DNA from: a virus
Lineage: Duplodnaviria > Caudoviricetes
Virus record (IMG/VR): IMGVR_UViG_3300035070_002934
Span: 1-52,271 of that record
Length of the DNA: 52,271 nt
Reading direction: 5' to 3' (one strand)
The notes under the pieces: generated by a model
Databases searched by the model: none
What the model was told of the DNA's origin: nothing
The model's input: only the letters and a program-made list of their open reading frames with translations
In this document: positions 25,380 to 35,179 of the stretch, piece after piece
Numbering within the stretch: position 1 is the stretch's first letter
Layout of the letters: each line of letters begins with the position of its first letter
Translations under genes and position numbers: made by a program

Positions 25380-26944
25380 CTGATAATTCTCCTGAGAGAG
25401 TATTGAACAGTTACATCATGCACGGTGTAGGGGAGGGTGACTCCTTTACTGTAAACGTGAAGAGACATATTCTTTTCAGTGCCAGTAATGTCGATGATTG
25501 CCTCATCAACCGACTGAGCAGACCAGACGAATTCTCCCCACTTCGATACATCCCAAATACCACCACCACCGTTCATGTCAGCATCCACCTTGCGGTGAGT
25601 TGATATTTTTGTTGAGCCATAGCCAAATTCAGGCTTTACGGATATTGAAAATGAACCATCCGATGCCATCCCGAAAAGCGCCTGCCTAAATCGCTTCCTG
25701 AGCTCTGGTGATCCGTAGTGGTGGTAGGCCAGCTTGAAGTAAGCCTCGATTTCTTCACCATCAAAGCTGTCGCCAACTTCGAGCCGGTAAACAAATCCAT
25801 CCGTGGCGCCAACAAGAATCATTTCATTGCCATCACCATCTTCCGACGAGCATACGCAATTGGTTGTAAATGGGTAAATAAGCCTTCCGTAGCCCTGCAA
25901 TCCGTTTGATCCGAATGTCAGCGTAAGCACCTCGGTTCCGCTGTCGTGGTCGAAGAACAGCCAGTATTGGCTTTGAGAACGATTCAGGCATGACGCTACG
26001 GCGTGCGACTTGCGAAACAGGATGAACTCTTTGATCTGCTGATCAATCGTGCTCGAATTAAAGTTTCCGAAGGTCTGCGCCTGTTGAATGCTGGTCAGCC
26101 CTCTGTCGTCCAGATAGACAATATCATTGCCAATTGACTGCATTGTGAACGGGTATGCGCCGGACTCTTCCGATTGCTGTCTCAAATCGCTGCTTTGCCA
26201 GTCTGCTTGGCTTGATCCATAAAGCATACTCACCCGGTTACGCATGAAAATAGCTAACGCACCACCCACTGTAGATCGCAATCCAACAATGTCGTCGCCT
26301 GTTCCGCCCGCGCCCGCGCCTTCTGTGGTAGCATTCCATTTCTGTGGATCACCGATTCCTGAATGCACCCACTGGCCTTGCGGGTATGTCAAGAATAAGT
26401 GATTACTATGACATCGCAAGTGTTCCGGCTTGACCGTCTCGCCATCCACGCTCAGTTGCGTGAAGGTTGTTCCGTCAAACATGAACGCCTTGTTGACGCC
26501 ATCCACACCATACATCCGCTTTAAGGCTGAAGCCGCAAAGAAGTTGTAATTATCGAACTCATAACGCCCATCAGGATCAAGCGTTACGCCAGTGGTCACT
26601 TCCGACCATCCGGAGACTGTCGATTTGTACATCTTTGCCGAAGCGCCGCCAGTTGCGTTTCTGAATGCATAGACATTGCCATCAAAGATCCAGACACCAA
26701 GAACGCCATCCTCTCCCGGCACAGCTGTAATCGCCGCTCTTGCTGTTTCAGGATCTTCACTAGCATAGGGTGAAGCTTGACCATCGTAACGCTCATAGCC
26801 GCCAACCCTTGTGTAGCCGCCACCATTCTTTGCATGAAAGTTCTTGCAAGCAATCATGCCTCCCGGATTGATCTTTGTTGGATTGCTTTCCAAATCAAGA
26901 CCGCTTTCACAGGTGATTGTCTGGTGCCTTGGTCGCTGCATCAT
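25376..26944 (-). CDS. tail nozzle/stabilisation protein (podovirus tubular B-like)
   Basis: 522 aa, beta-rich; follows the adaptor gene. Confidence 0.65.
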   Translation of the reverse strand: MMQRPRHQTITCESGLDLESNPTKINPGGMIACKNFHAKNGGGYTRVGGYERYDGQASPYASEDPETARAAITAVPGEDGVLGVWIFDGNVYAFRNATGGASAKMYKSTVSGWSEVTTGVTLDPDGRYEFDNYNFFAASALKRMYGVDGVNKAFMFDGTTFTQLSVDGETVKPEHLRCHSNHLFLTYPQGQWVHSGIGDPQKWNATTEGAGAGGTGDDIVGLRSTVGGALAIFMRNRVSMLYGSSQADWQSSDLRQQSEESGAYPFTMQSIGNDIVYLDDRGLTSIQQAQTFGNFNSSTIDQQIKEFILFRKSHAVASCLNRSQSQYWLFFDHDSGTEVLTLTFGSNGLQGYGRLIYPFTTNCVCSSEDGDGNEMILVGATDGFVYRLEVGDSFDGEEIEAYFKLAYHHYGSPELRKRFRQALFGMASDGSFSISVKPEFGYGSTKISTHRKVDADMNGGGGIWDVSKWGEFVWSAQSVDEAIIDITGTEKNMSLHVYSKGVTLPYTVHDVTVQYSLRRIIR

Positions 26945-27591
26945 GACACCTCAATAATCATGTTTGGATTTGACCACGCATGATTATGCGCCATGGGTAG
27001 TTGCGATGATTCAAGCCTCGGCAATCGCTCCATGAGTCTGTCTTTTGCCCGCTGAAGCACCTCGTCGGCGGCCTCATAGTAGGCGTAGTTCACCAAGGCA
27101 TAGAGCCAGATCACATCATGATAGGTTTCTGGAATGCGCGGAATGTCGGCATTATCAGTCAGCTCTTGCGGAGACAGGTAATAATCGCCAGTAACCGTGT
27201 AAATGGCGTCCGGCGTTGGAACGAACATCAGGCTGTTGTTAGGCATAACAACAATCTGGGAAGGCTTTCCGCTCGATACTGCGCCAAAATCTGACCATTC
27301 AGCATAGTCGATACTTGGCACTACCTCGCCATCAATCTTGAATCTGGATCTATCCCAGCTTTCAAGGTCAGAAGGAGCTGTATTAATGCTCACTCCAATG
27401 GACGTAGTATCGCTCGACTGAGCAAAATTAAACTTCCAGTTTGCCCATAACGATTGAATATCAGAATTGGCTCGGCGTATCCACTCAACAAACCGCAGAT
27501 TCTCGCCTATCGCCCCGGTCACAGTGGTTAACGTGCTGCTTGACGCGCCGCTTTCTCTCGCCAGAGTCTGGCAAAGGGTTAGGAAGTTCAT
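26941..27591 (-). CDS. head-tail adaptor (tubular A-like)
   Basis: MNFLTLCQ.. N-terminus, 'PTPD', 'IPETYHDVI' motifs. Confidence 0.7.
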   Translation of the reverse strand: MNFLTLCQTLARESGASSSTLTTVTGAIGENLRFVEWIRRANSDIQSLWANWKFNFAQSSDTTSIGVSINTAPSDLESWDRSRFKIDGEVVPSIDYAEWSDFGAVSSGKPSQIVVMPNNSLMFVPTPDAIYTVTGDYYLSPQELTDNADIPRIPETYHDVIWLYALVNYAYYEAADEVLQRAKDRLMERLPRLESSQLPMAHNHAWSNPNMIIEVS

Positions 27592-27770
27592 TTATTCTCG
27601 CCGGAAGGTTTCATTTTGAGGGTTGTAGTTCGCTTGTCCTTCTCTATGATCTCGCCGTCCCAGTTCAGCTCTTCATCTTTCGAATTAAAAATTCTGGCGC
27701 CTTGCTGGTATTTCGCGCCCATCGGGTTTGGACCGTCAAAAGTGGTGAATGGCTTACTTCGATCCAGCAT
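27588..27770 (-). CDS. small hypothetical virion-region protein
   Basis: Overlapping ORF in the operon. Confidence 0.5.
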   Translation of the reverse strand: MLDRSKPFTTFDGPNPMGAKYQQGARIFNSKDEELNWDGEIIEKDKRTTTLKMKPSGENK

Positions 27771-27954
27771 TGCACACTCCCGTATTCTGAATGTAGCGGT
27801 CGTTCATGCGCTTATTGCTTGCCAATCCATCTTTCACGCCTTCAGGAATGAACTTATTGATCCCGGTATTCATGTCGCGCTCAAAATCCTCCCAAGAGTC
27901 AGGTTGCGGCTTGTCTATCACCTTCTTTCGCTCATCCTCGAATCTGCTGTACAT
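27754..27954 (-). CDS. hypothetical protein
   Basis: GGAG RBS; within the operon. Confidence 0.5.
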   Translation of the reverse strand: MYSRFEDERKKVIDKPQPDSWEDFERDMNTGINKFIPEGVKDGLASNKRMNDRYIQNTGVCNAGSK

Positions 27955-27965
27955 ATTGATACTCC

Positions 27966-27990
27966 AAAAAAAAGGGAGCCGAAGCCCCCT
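27966..27990 (-). terminator. intrinsic terminator
   Basis: AGGGGGC-TTCG-GCTCCCT followed by a T run. Confidence 0.8.
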
Positions 27991-27999
27991 ATGATTAAC

Positions 28000-28398
28000 T
28001 TAGAACCATTCAATAATAACGATCACAGACGCAATTCCGGCAGGTGTGCCGCCAGTGGGCGAGGTGAACTTCACCTGTACCAGCGAATCTGCCGCAATCG
28101 TGTCGCTTAGGATGAAGTTGGTAGCCGTTTCAGTTGCAGCACCCGCTGAAGCGGTGGCCGCCGCCGCCGTAACCAAACAATCCATCTGCGCATAGGCATC
28201 CGGATCAGCCACGGTCCCGACCTGAATTTTGCCGGTTAATGTGGTGTCGGTAAACGTTTCGGTGACATCAACCAGTAGAATGTCTTTTACTCGCCCTGTC
28301 ATTCCGGCCGGGCCGCGTATTTCATTGGTTGCTGCACCAGCGCCAAAATCATGCGCCGTCCATTTGTATGTGACTGGTAGTGTATTATCGTAAGCCAT
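28000..28398 (-). CDS. putative capsid decoration/cement protein
   Basis: Beta-rich Thr/Ala/Gly protein downstream of the MCP gene. Confidence 0.6.
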   Translation of the reverse strand: MAYDNTLPVTYKWTAHDFGAGAATNEIRGPAGMTGRVKDILLVDVTETFTDTTLTGKIQVGTVADPDAYAQMDCLVTAAAATASAGAATETATNFILSDTIAADSLVQVKFTSPTGGTPAGIASVIVIIEWF

Positions 28399-28407
28399 AA
28401 TGGTTCC

Positions 28408-28548
28408 TTATGCTCTGTCGCTGCCTTTGGGCATCCGTTGGGATTTGTCGTGCGGCTTGTTCATATCCTTGACCTTGACTGTCTCTTTGGATTTCAAGCC
28501 TTCGCTGATTGCGCTTTCGTTGCCTTTTGCGCCTGATTTGTCTTGCAT
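28408..28548 (-). CDS. small basic protein (46 aa; MQDKSGAKG...)
   Basis: GGAG RBS; not in the ORF track in this frame. Confidence 0.45.
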   Translation of the reverse strand: MQDKSGAKGNESAISEGLKSKETVKVKDMNKPHDKSQRMPKGSDRA

Positions 28549-28568
28549 AATCTTTACTCCAAAATATC

Positions 28569-28591
28569 AAAACAAAGGGGGCAAAGCCCCC
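28569..28591 (-). terminator. intrinsic terminator after the MCP gene
   Basis: GGGGGC-TTT-GCCCCC then TTTGTTTT. Confidence 0.7.
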
Positions 28592-28597
28592 AATTGA

Positions 28598-28702
28598 TTA
28601 AGCTGCTGAATCCCACTTAATGATTCGTGAGTTCGCTGCAACGGTATGGCAGATGCCAAAGCCGCCTACATACATCCAGGCCATACCTCTTGACCTTCCA
28701 TA
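28598..28702 (-). CDS. major capsid protein exon 3
   Basis: YGRSRGMAWMYVGGFGICH...KWDSAA*; continues PGD from exon 2. Confidence 0.88.
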   Translation of the reverse strand, partial: YGRSRGMAWMYVGGFGICHTVAANSRIIKWDSAA

Positions 28703-29630
28703 CATACATTCGACGCCATTCGCTACTATGACGTCCGCCCCATAAACTCTTGATACCCTTTCCCGCGCTTCATATCCTTTACGGTATCAACAGGAACACC
28801 TACCAATCTCGCTATCTCAACGGAGTTCAACTTACCGTCTTGCAGCAATCTCGCAACCTTATACGCCTCTTCATCGCTCATTTTGCGCTTAGGGCTTGGC
28901 TGATTCTTCCTGGCGTATCCCGCCTTTATCCTGCTGACATGAGAAGGCGAGAGGCCTGTTAGCTCGCTAACCTTTCTGCCAGTCCTGCCTTCATCAAGAA
29001 GGTGCTTAACTTCTCTAATCTGCTCGTCAGAATATTTGCTAAGGTTACTCTCTGTTCCTGAGAAACCTCTATTCTTGTCGAAGCAGTCTTTGATGTTGTC
29101 GCTTTGAGACCCAAGGAATAAGTGGTCTGGATTAAAGCACTTAGGGTTGTCGCAGTGATGGCAAACAAAGACATCATCAGGTATCAGCTCACCCTTGAAT
29201 GCGGTGTAAGCTGCTCGATGAGCCATAATCTTTTTGCCCTCAAACACGCCGGGTATTCTAAATGATCCATACCCAATGGTTGTGGACCCTTGCCACTCCC
29301 AACAACCTTTTTTGCTTATCTCCATCTTTGTTACTAAGAGTTTTAGGACTGCCTCACGTTTCCATGAGGATTGGACTATATCTTCACCCAATCTATTAAA
29401 TTGGGGCTGGGCGCTTCCATCCTGCTTAGGATGTACTCTACTAACTGCACTTGTTGATTGTGCGTTTTCGATAGTCTCTGAACGTTCCCCTTTCGGGGCT
29501 TCGCTGCTGATTGTCATCTTATAATACCTCTCAATACCTCGATTGAGTCCATATTATACATTAGAGTTCCAGCAATTCACCCAGTTTTTAGCATTAGATC
29601 ACTCTAATGGGAGACCACAGTATAGGTCGA
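28703..29630 (-). ncRNA. group I intron 2 of the MCP gene (928 nt)
   Basis: 5' exon ends in U, intron ends in G; P1 GGAGAU/GUCUCC; P 29569-29577, Q 29504-29512, R 29472-29482, S 29374-29384. Confidence 0.9.
28726..29517 (-). CDS. intron-encoded HNH homing endonuclease
   Basis: GCWEW..GYG..AHR..VCHHCDNPKCFNPDHL motif plus two HTH-like repeats. Confidence 0.88.
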   Translation of the reverse strand: MTISSEAPKGERSETIENAQSTSAVSRVHPKQDGSAQPQFNRLGEDIVQSSWKREAVLKLLVTKMEISKKGCWEWQGSTTIGYGSFRIPGVFEGKKIMAHRAAYTAFKGELIPDDVFVCHHCDNPKCFNPDHLFLGSQSDNIKDCFDKNRGFSGTESNLSKYSDEQIREVKHLLDEGRTGRKVSELTGLSPSHVSRIKAGYARKNQPSPKRKMSDEEAYKVARLLQDGKLNSVEIARLVGVPVDTVKDMKRGKGYQEFMGRTS

Positions 29631-30200
29631 ATCTCCAGGTAACTTAGCTCTGATCTGCTCTGGCTCGACAATCGCCTCCGCCACGGTGTCAGCGCCGAAG
29701 AAGAAGGCCGCATCAGACTTAGCGTTATTCCAGGCTTCATAGGCGATATTGGTCTGCGTGAAGAAACGAATTCCCTCATAACGACCGATTTCACCCGCTG
29801 CAATCCGACTAAAACCAGATTCGATATAGAAACTGATAGCTTCCAGATCGTCCTTAAAGGCGCGGAAGGTTGACGGACGCGCCAATGCACAGTAGTTCTC
29901 ACCGTCATAAGGCGTGATATTGCGCTCTGCCATCGCATCAGCGATTAACTTCACATGCTCTTTTCGCAATGCTACGTTGTTGGTGACACCGCCTGCCGTG
30001 CCATCAGTATTAATAGCACTGATCGTGGTGGCAGAATCACCCGTACCGCCTGCGGTCACTGTCAACTTGGTTTTGTTGAACTCAGTGTAAGCCGCGGCGT
30101 CCAGCGTTTTACAAGCATCATTCTTCAACACCTTGTCAATCACACGCTCGCAAGAGTGCTTAGATAGGATATCGACCTTGCGAGTGTAGGGAACAGAGTT
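29631..30200 (-). CDS. major capsid protein exon 2
   Basis: NSVPYT...GEIGRYEGIRF...RAKLPGD, N4-gp56-like. Confidence 0.9.
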
Positions 30201-31226
30201 CATTGTGTTATCGCGGCTTTTTTAATTGCACCGCTTCTGCATGTTTCCATGCAGTTCAGACTATATCTTCGCTTTCGCGTCCCGCACTCTTGGAGCTATA
30301 CCGTCCACTTGGGACTCCATGCTCTAGTCGTTGAACCTTCAGCCTATTGCTAGGTAGCTTGGCTGCTGATTGCCCAATCCAAACAATTTTCAAACATTCA
30401 CGCCTGCCGTTACCAGCTACGTTGTAGTTTATTTGGCTCTAAGGGTGTCCCAGCAATTCACGGGATTTTCTACAATTCCATGTTTCGTGTATAATGTTCC
30501 GATATACGAAATGGAGGCCATAATGGGTGTATCAAAAAAGCAACAAGAACGAGTTAGCCAGATCTGCAAGTGTGGATGCAATCAACAATTCATGGCTTTC
30601 CCAGCGTACCGCCCCAAATCAGAGGGTGGAGGGCTGCGAGTGCCTGAATATAAACGAGGGCATCACCCAACAAGCAAAGCAAAGTTAAGCAAAGACGTGC
30701 CGTGGAATAAGGGTCTAACCAAGAATGATCACCCATCCATTGCGAAAATGGGGTTTCAGCCTGGCCATGAACCATACAGCGACTGGTCTAAGGTTAACGA
30801 TAAGCTAGCAAATGATCCTAAAATTAGAGAAAGATGGCTTAAAGCAAAAAAAGGTCAGATCCCTTGGAACTCTGGGCTGACCAAAGACCAATATGCCACC
30901 GACTTTCCTGTTGGTGAAGATCACGGCAACTGGAAGGGTGGTCACCGGGGCGTGGTTGATACCGCCGCCTGGAAATCGCTTAGACTCAGCATTCAGCGAA
31001 GAGACAAATTTACCTGTCAAGAATGCGGAGATAAAAACTACAAAGGGCGCGGTTCACGCATCAGGCTTGAAGTTCATCATATTCAAGCTTTGTGTGATCG
31101 ACCAGATCTTGCGTTGGAGCCATCCAACTTAATTCTTCTTTGTCACTCCTGTCATGTAAAAACACACAATTATGGCACTAAGGCTTGGCAAAATAAGTCT
31201 TAGTGAACTGTAGCGGCAACTAATTT
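30201..31226 (-). ncRNA. group I intron 1 of the MCP gene (1026 nt)
   Basis: Exon ends GGU, intron ends in G; P1 CGGU/GCCG; P 30449-30458, Q 30363-30371, R 30325-30335, S 30259-30269. Confidence 0.9.
30523..31203 (+). CDS. HNH endonuclease inside intron 1, antisense to the host gene
   Basis: GGAGG RBS at 30513-30517; CKCGC, two PWN.GLTK repeats, RDKFTCQECG..LEVHH..NLILLCHSCH. Confidence 0.85.
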   Translation: MGVSKKQQERVSQICKCGCNQQFMAFPAYRPKSEGGGLRVPEYKRGHHPTSKAKLSKDVPWNKGLTKNDHPSIAKMGFQPGHEPYSDWSKVNDKLANDPKIRERWLKAKKGQIPWNSGLTKDQYATDFPVGEDHGNWKGGHRGVVDTAAWKSLRLSIQRRDKFTCQECGDKNYKGRGSRIRLEVHHIQALCDRPDLALEPSNLILLCHSCHVKTHNYGTKAWQNKS

Positions 31227-31499
31227 ACCGTACTCAGTAATCGTCATACTTTCTTGGGTGATAGTGAAATTGGTTTCAGGCATTGCGTCTGTTTCGGGGA
31301 GCGCTGCGCCTTGGGTTGCTACATCGCTGTAGACGTTCCAAGAGAAGGTGTCACCTGTGCCTTTGTCTTTCGCATCTTCCACATCGCAGAAGTTACGGAA
31401 ACGGGTCAGGGGTTGAAGTTTGGTACGGAGAGTGTCGGACAATTGGTCCGAGTACATGAATCCGCCCAGGGTATCGGTAGTCCATAATTGGCCTGCCAT
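31227..31499 (-). CDS. major capsid protein exon 1 (N4-gp56-like; spliced product 315 aa)
   Basis: MAGQLW...ITEYG joins NSVPY in frame; AGGAG RBS. Confidence 0.9.
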
Positions 31500-31520
31500 A
31501 GTGTATTACTCCTAAATTAT

Positions 31521-32516
31521 TTATAGTGTCGCTGCGCCACGCGCTGCCCTGATATCGTTCAGAACATCGTTGCGTGACTTTGGTTTGGGTGCTGGATTAC
31601 CTGCGCGTCTTGCACTGTTGCCGCTCATACCGCCACTGGCTTTCTGCTTGCGCTGCACACGAGTGTCGTTACTTTTCATGCCATACCAGTCGCGAGTTCG
31701 CTTGCCCGCTTCCGTCACCACTTCTTTGGGTGATAGGTTCGGGTTTTCTTGCATGATCTCGATGGTAAATTTGTCGGCCACATCGTAAAGAATCTTGTCT
31801 TTCGCAATGTCGGCAAACTCGGTAGAAAAGAACTGTTGTGCGTCCCGTAGCTCTGCCTGGCGTTTTTCTGCGGCGTTACGTTGCTCAATCGTTCGGTAAA
31901 TGTTGTCTGCTAATTTCGACTCATCGAGGGTAGGCATCTGCCGCCCTTGGTTTTGAATCTCTATCAGTAGCTCGTCTGCGCGATCATCGTTGCCGTCCAG
32001 CAAGGCTTCGTGATACTCCCGCGCTTTTTGCTTGAGTTCGTCAGAACCCATTTTCTTGCCAACGTCCTGGGCGGATGGTTGACCTTTTGCGGCTTTCGCC
32101 TCAAATTCTCGTAGTTGCGCCTCTCTTAATTCCGCCTCTTGCATTCGGCGTGAGGCTTCCTGTAGCCGTAAATCTGCGGCTTCAGACTTCTGGGCAATAG
32201 CAATGACTTGCTCCATTGTCATTTCGCGCTCTTGCCCATTGACCTTCAGCTTGACGGTTTTCGGGGCTTTGTCGGTAACGCCTTCGTCGTCGTCACCGTC
32301 TAGCACTTCCTCTTCGTCATCATCATGGTCGCCGTTATATTCGCGCTCTGCTTCTGCCAAATCTTCATTGAGTCGTTCGGCTTGCTCTGCAAGGATTGCT
32401 AACGAATCATCTTCGTCCTGCTCTTTGTCTTCTTTTCTGGACGCCGATATTGCGTTGATCTTTGCTAGTCGATCACTGCCGAAACCAGAAACGTCCTCAT
32501 GGATAGCTTCACTCAT
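31521..32516 (-). CDS. capsid scaffolding protein
   Basis: Acidic/coiled-coil, KLKVNGQERE motif; directly upstream of MCP. Confidence 0.75.
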   Translation of the reverse strand: MSEAIHEDVSGFGSDRLAKINAISASRKEDKEQDEDDSLAILAEQAERLNEDLAEAEREYNGDHDDDEEEVLDGDDDEGVTDKAPKTVKLKVNGQEREMTMEQVIAIAQKSEAADLRLQEASRRMQEAELREAQLREFEAKAAKGQPSAQDVGKKMGSDELKQKAREYHEALLDGNDDRADELLIEIQNQGRQMPTLDESKLADNIYRTIEQRNAAEKRQAELRDAQQFFSTEFADIAKDKILYDVADKFTIEIMQENPNLSPKEVVTEAGKRTRDWYGMKSNDTRVQRKQKASGGMSGNSARRAGNPAPKPKSRNDVLNDIRAARGAATL

Positions 32517-32584
32517 TTATAACTCCATACTTTTCTTTTGACATAAAAAGGCCGCTTATGCGACCCGGTTAACTTGACTCGTGA

Positions 32585-32839
32585 TTAGTAGTACGTCCCG
32601 GATTCATGCATTCTTGTGTCTACGCACACATCTATGATGTCGCGCTCAAGTAAGCGTATTTCACCCAGCATTGCTACCGGGCGTGTATGGCAATGAAAAA
32701 CCGTTCCGGTGGTTGCTGCTGGCCCTGCAAAGGCTACGGCAACTGAAAGGATTTCCCCTTGCTTTGCAAGATCGAGCAAATTCTCTAGCACCTCGATGCA
32801 TTCCGGACTTTTCTGGGCCAACTCAACTGGCGATACCAC
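32585..32839 (-). CDS. hypothetical protein
   Basis: Coupled ORF in the head operon. Confidence 0.6.
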   Translation of the reverse strand: MVSPVELAQKSPECIEVLENLLDLAKQGEILSVAVAFAGPAATTGTVFHCHTRPVAMLGEIRLLERDIIDVCVDTRMHESGTYY

Positions 32840-33126
32840 TATCGACCCTCCTCGGCATCCATCTCACGAAGTTTGAATTCTGCTTCTTCTCCAGCGTTGA
32901 TGGCTTCTATTATCCAGTTGATCGCATCTCTTGCCCGTTGCGCATCTTTCTGGTGTGTCACCATGGATGAATTCAGGAAAGCCTCAAAGCACTGCTCAAT
33001 ATCCTGTACCGCGCACCCGACAAGATATTTGCCAACGCGAGAATTGAGAAAATTTTGCGCCTCGGTGCCAAGGTCGAACTGGGCAAAAAGGAACTTCTCG
33101 GTATCGTAGAGGTTAGAATGTATCAT
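32839..33126 (-). CDS. hypothetical head-region protein
   Basis: Overlaps the portal 3' end. Confidence 0.65.
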   Translation of the reverse strand: MIHSNLYDTEKFLFAQFDLGTEAQNFLNSRVGKYLVGCAVQDIEQCFEAFLNSSMVTHQKDAQRARDAINWIIEAINAGEEAEFKLREMDAEEGR

Positions 33127-35179
33127 GACCCTGCCTCAAGTTGGTTGCCTGCAACGCCTGCTGTGCCTGCTGAAGCGTCAGCCTTGTGCCTTCAATTTGC
33201 CGTTGTGTGGCAAGCTTCTGTTCTTCCATGCCCAGCTTCTTGTAGAGCTCTTCCAGCTTCATGTTCTGCGTTGCAGCAATCTTCGCCATTTCGATTTCTT
33301 GGCGCATCTGCAACTCCGCTTGTTTGTACTGCATTTCAAACTGCAATCGTTGCTGGTCTATCTGCACCTTAGCCATTGCTACTGGATCTACTGGCGGCTG
33401 TGGTGGCTGCGCATTCTCATCGATCGGCTTAAAGAATCGCTGACCGTCCCGGTAGCCGGACTTGCCGAATACCTCTTTGGCAATCTCATCACCATCCAGT
33501 CTCTCAGCCATACCCGGAAGCATAGCCACGCTTTGGATGGCGTAGTTCAGCCTTTCCAGCTTCTGTTGCGGGTTAGTGTTGCCAAAGCCCACATTGACGT
33601 TAACGGTTAACTGCGCACGCAATAGCTCATCTGTCACCTGATCCACGCCAAACTTCTGATAAAGCTCTGCCCTGTCTGCGGCAATGCCAAGTATTTTATG
33701 GTCAGTCTCGTAATGCTGCTCCATTCGCACCAGTTGACGAATAACGGGCTCCATCCAGGTTTCAATAAACACCCGGAAGGAATACTCGGACATTGAATCC
33801 GCGCCCTGACTCATCAGGTTCATGCCGCCCACGGTTTCATTCAGGTTTCGGTTGTTTTGTACCGACTGCTGACTGAATGCCCCGGTGATTTCATCGATCT
33901 GTAAATCAAGTCTATCCTGCTCTTGGTAGCTAGATCCGGTGATATCCGGCGTATCCACCACGCGCACATCACCAACAGGGTCGTTCACCATAACAGTGCC
34001 GCCGGGGACGTTACGCGCCAGTGATTGCAGATCAGCACCGGTAGCCCCTCGACGGATAAAGTAACGCTTGTTCAGCACCAGCTTGACGTTATCAAAGCGC
34101 TGGTTAGCAATGTCGTTAGCATCTGTTTGTAAATGCTCAATCAATGCCGTGGGCGATTTCGGGTAATTCTTGTGGGCTTCTAATACGCAATAGCCCAACA
34201 CGACCGGGCGCTCACCAAACTCCAGGTGGGGATACATTTCTTGTACTGGCACCGGATCAGAAAGTAAGTGCTTAGTGCCTAGCGTCCAATAAACGTAATC
34301 GTCACCGTCCGGCAGTCGAATATAGTTCTCATGTAACCAGATCAACTCAAATTCATTGTGCCGGGCTTCTGATTCACTGGGATCGATGCGCCCTTTGCCT
34401 TCCCGATTCTTTCTGGTGCTGTCGTCCTGCGCTTCACTGGCGGAGGTGCAATAAGTGCCTAACGAGTATTCACGCCAGCCTCTTGCCTCTGCCTTGGCTT
34501 TCGCCTCGCCTGCGTACATTGGGACCAGACGCACCATGTAAGGTGAGGTGTTAATAGGGTCGCGCCAATCTGCGGAAGGCTCAAACCGGATATTCTCAGG
34601 CGGCAATAGATCGATAGTCGGCTCATCCTTGCGCACCTGGTCGCCAATAGCGTCATACTCCCATGCCTGGTACGAGGCGCACACCCCATAGACTCGGGCA
34701 TCTTGAAACGCACCCATAACAGTGAGAAACCACGGAATGGTATGCGTTAACCGATACTGCAATAACTGCTGGTTAATGTCGGCACTCGCCGCCTGCATCT
34801 CGTCATTGTCATTAATGGCTGTAATGGACACCAGATCATTGGTTGCAAACACCGCTCTGGCGAATTGTGCTTCGGCGTTGAGGTTGTTCGCCCTTGTCTT
34901 TGGCCTGAATGTCTTGGATCTCGCCCGGTATGCGTCCGTATGGTACTTGCTGCCGGGGGCATGCTCTCCATTCTGGTGAGCAATAGCCGTTTCCCAATCC
35001 TTGCGAATATTTGAATCAAGGTAGTCGGTAGAGGAATCATACGCATCTCGCGCCATCGACAACCAATAATCATCATCATATTCTGGTTCTTTATCTGTGC
35101 CGAAATCAGATTGCAGTTCGTCAAGTTCAGACTGGTAGCGCTCTTGCAATCCATCCAGCGTAGTAATGTCGTCCATCAT
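33113..35179 (-). CDS. portal protein
   Basis: 688 aa after TerL; NETVGGMNL motif and Q-rich coiled C-terminus as in P22/N4-like portals. Confidence 0.85.
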   Translation of the reverse strand: MMDDITTLDGLQERYQSELDELQSDFGTDKEPEYDDDYWLSMARDAYDSSTDYLDSNIRKDWETAIAHQNGEHAPGSKYHTDAYRARSKTFRPKTRANNLNAEAQFARAVFATNDLVSITAINDNDEMQAASADINQQLLQYRLTHTIPWFLTVMGAFQDARVYGVCASYQAWEYDAIGDQVRKDEPTIDLLPPENIRFEPSADWRDPINTSPYMVRLVPMYAGEAKAKAEARGWREYSLGTYCTSASEAQDDSTRKNREGKGRIDPSESEARHNEFELIWLHENYIRLPDGDDYVYWTLGTKHLLSDPVPVQEMYPHLEFGERPVVLGYCVLEAHKNYPKSPTALIEHLQTDANDIANQRFDNVKLVLNKRYFIRRGATGADLQSLARNVPGGTVMVNDPVGDVRVVDTPDITGSSYQEQDRLDLQIDEITGAFSQQSVQNNRNLNETVGGMNLMSQGADSMSEYSFRVFIETWMEPVIRQLVRMEQHYETDHKILGIAADRAELYQKFGVDQVTDELLRAQLTVNVNVGFGNTNPQQKLERLNYAIQSVAMLPGMAERLDGDEIAKEVFGKSGYRDGQRFFKPIDENAQPPQPPVDPVAMAKVQIDQQRLQFEMQYKQAELQMRQEIEMAKIAATQNMKLEELYKKLGMEEQKLATQRQIEGTRLTLQQAQQALQATNLRQGHDTF

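Noticed and set aside
30370-30522. N-terminal extension of the antisense HNH ORF
   Set aside because: It overlaps the intron core on the opposite strand; the GGAGG RBS points to ATG 30523
29604-31499. MCP as a pseudogene, frameshifted gene or two separate genes
   Set aside because: In-frame exon joins with complete group I intron signals explain the split
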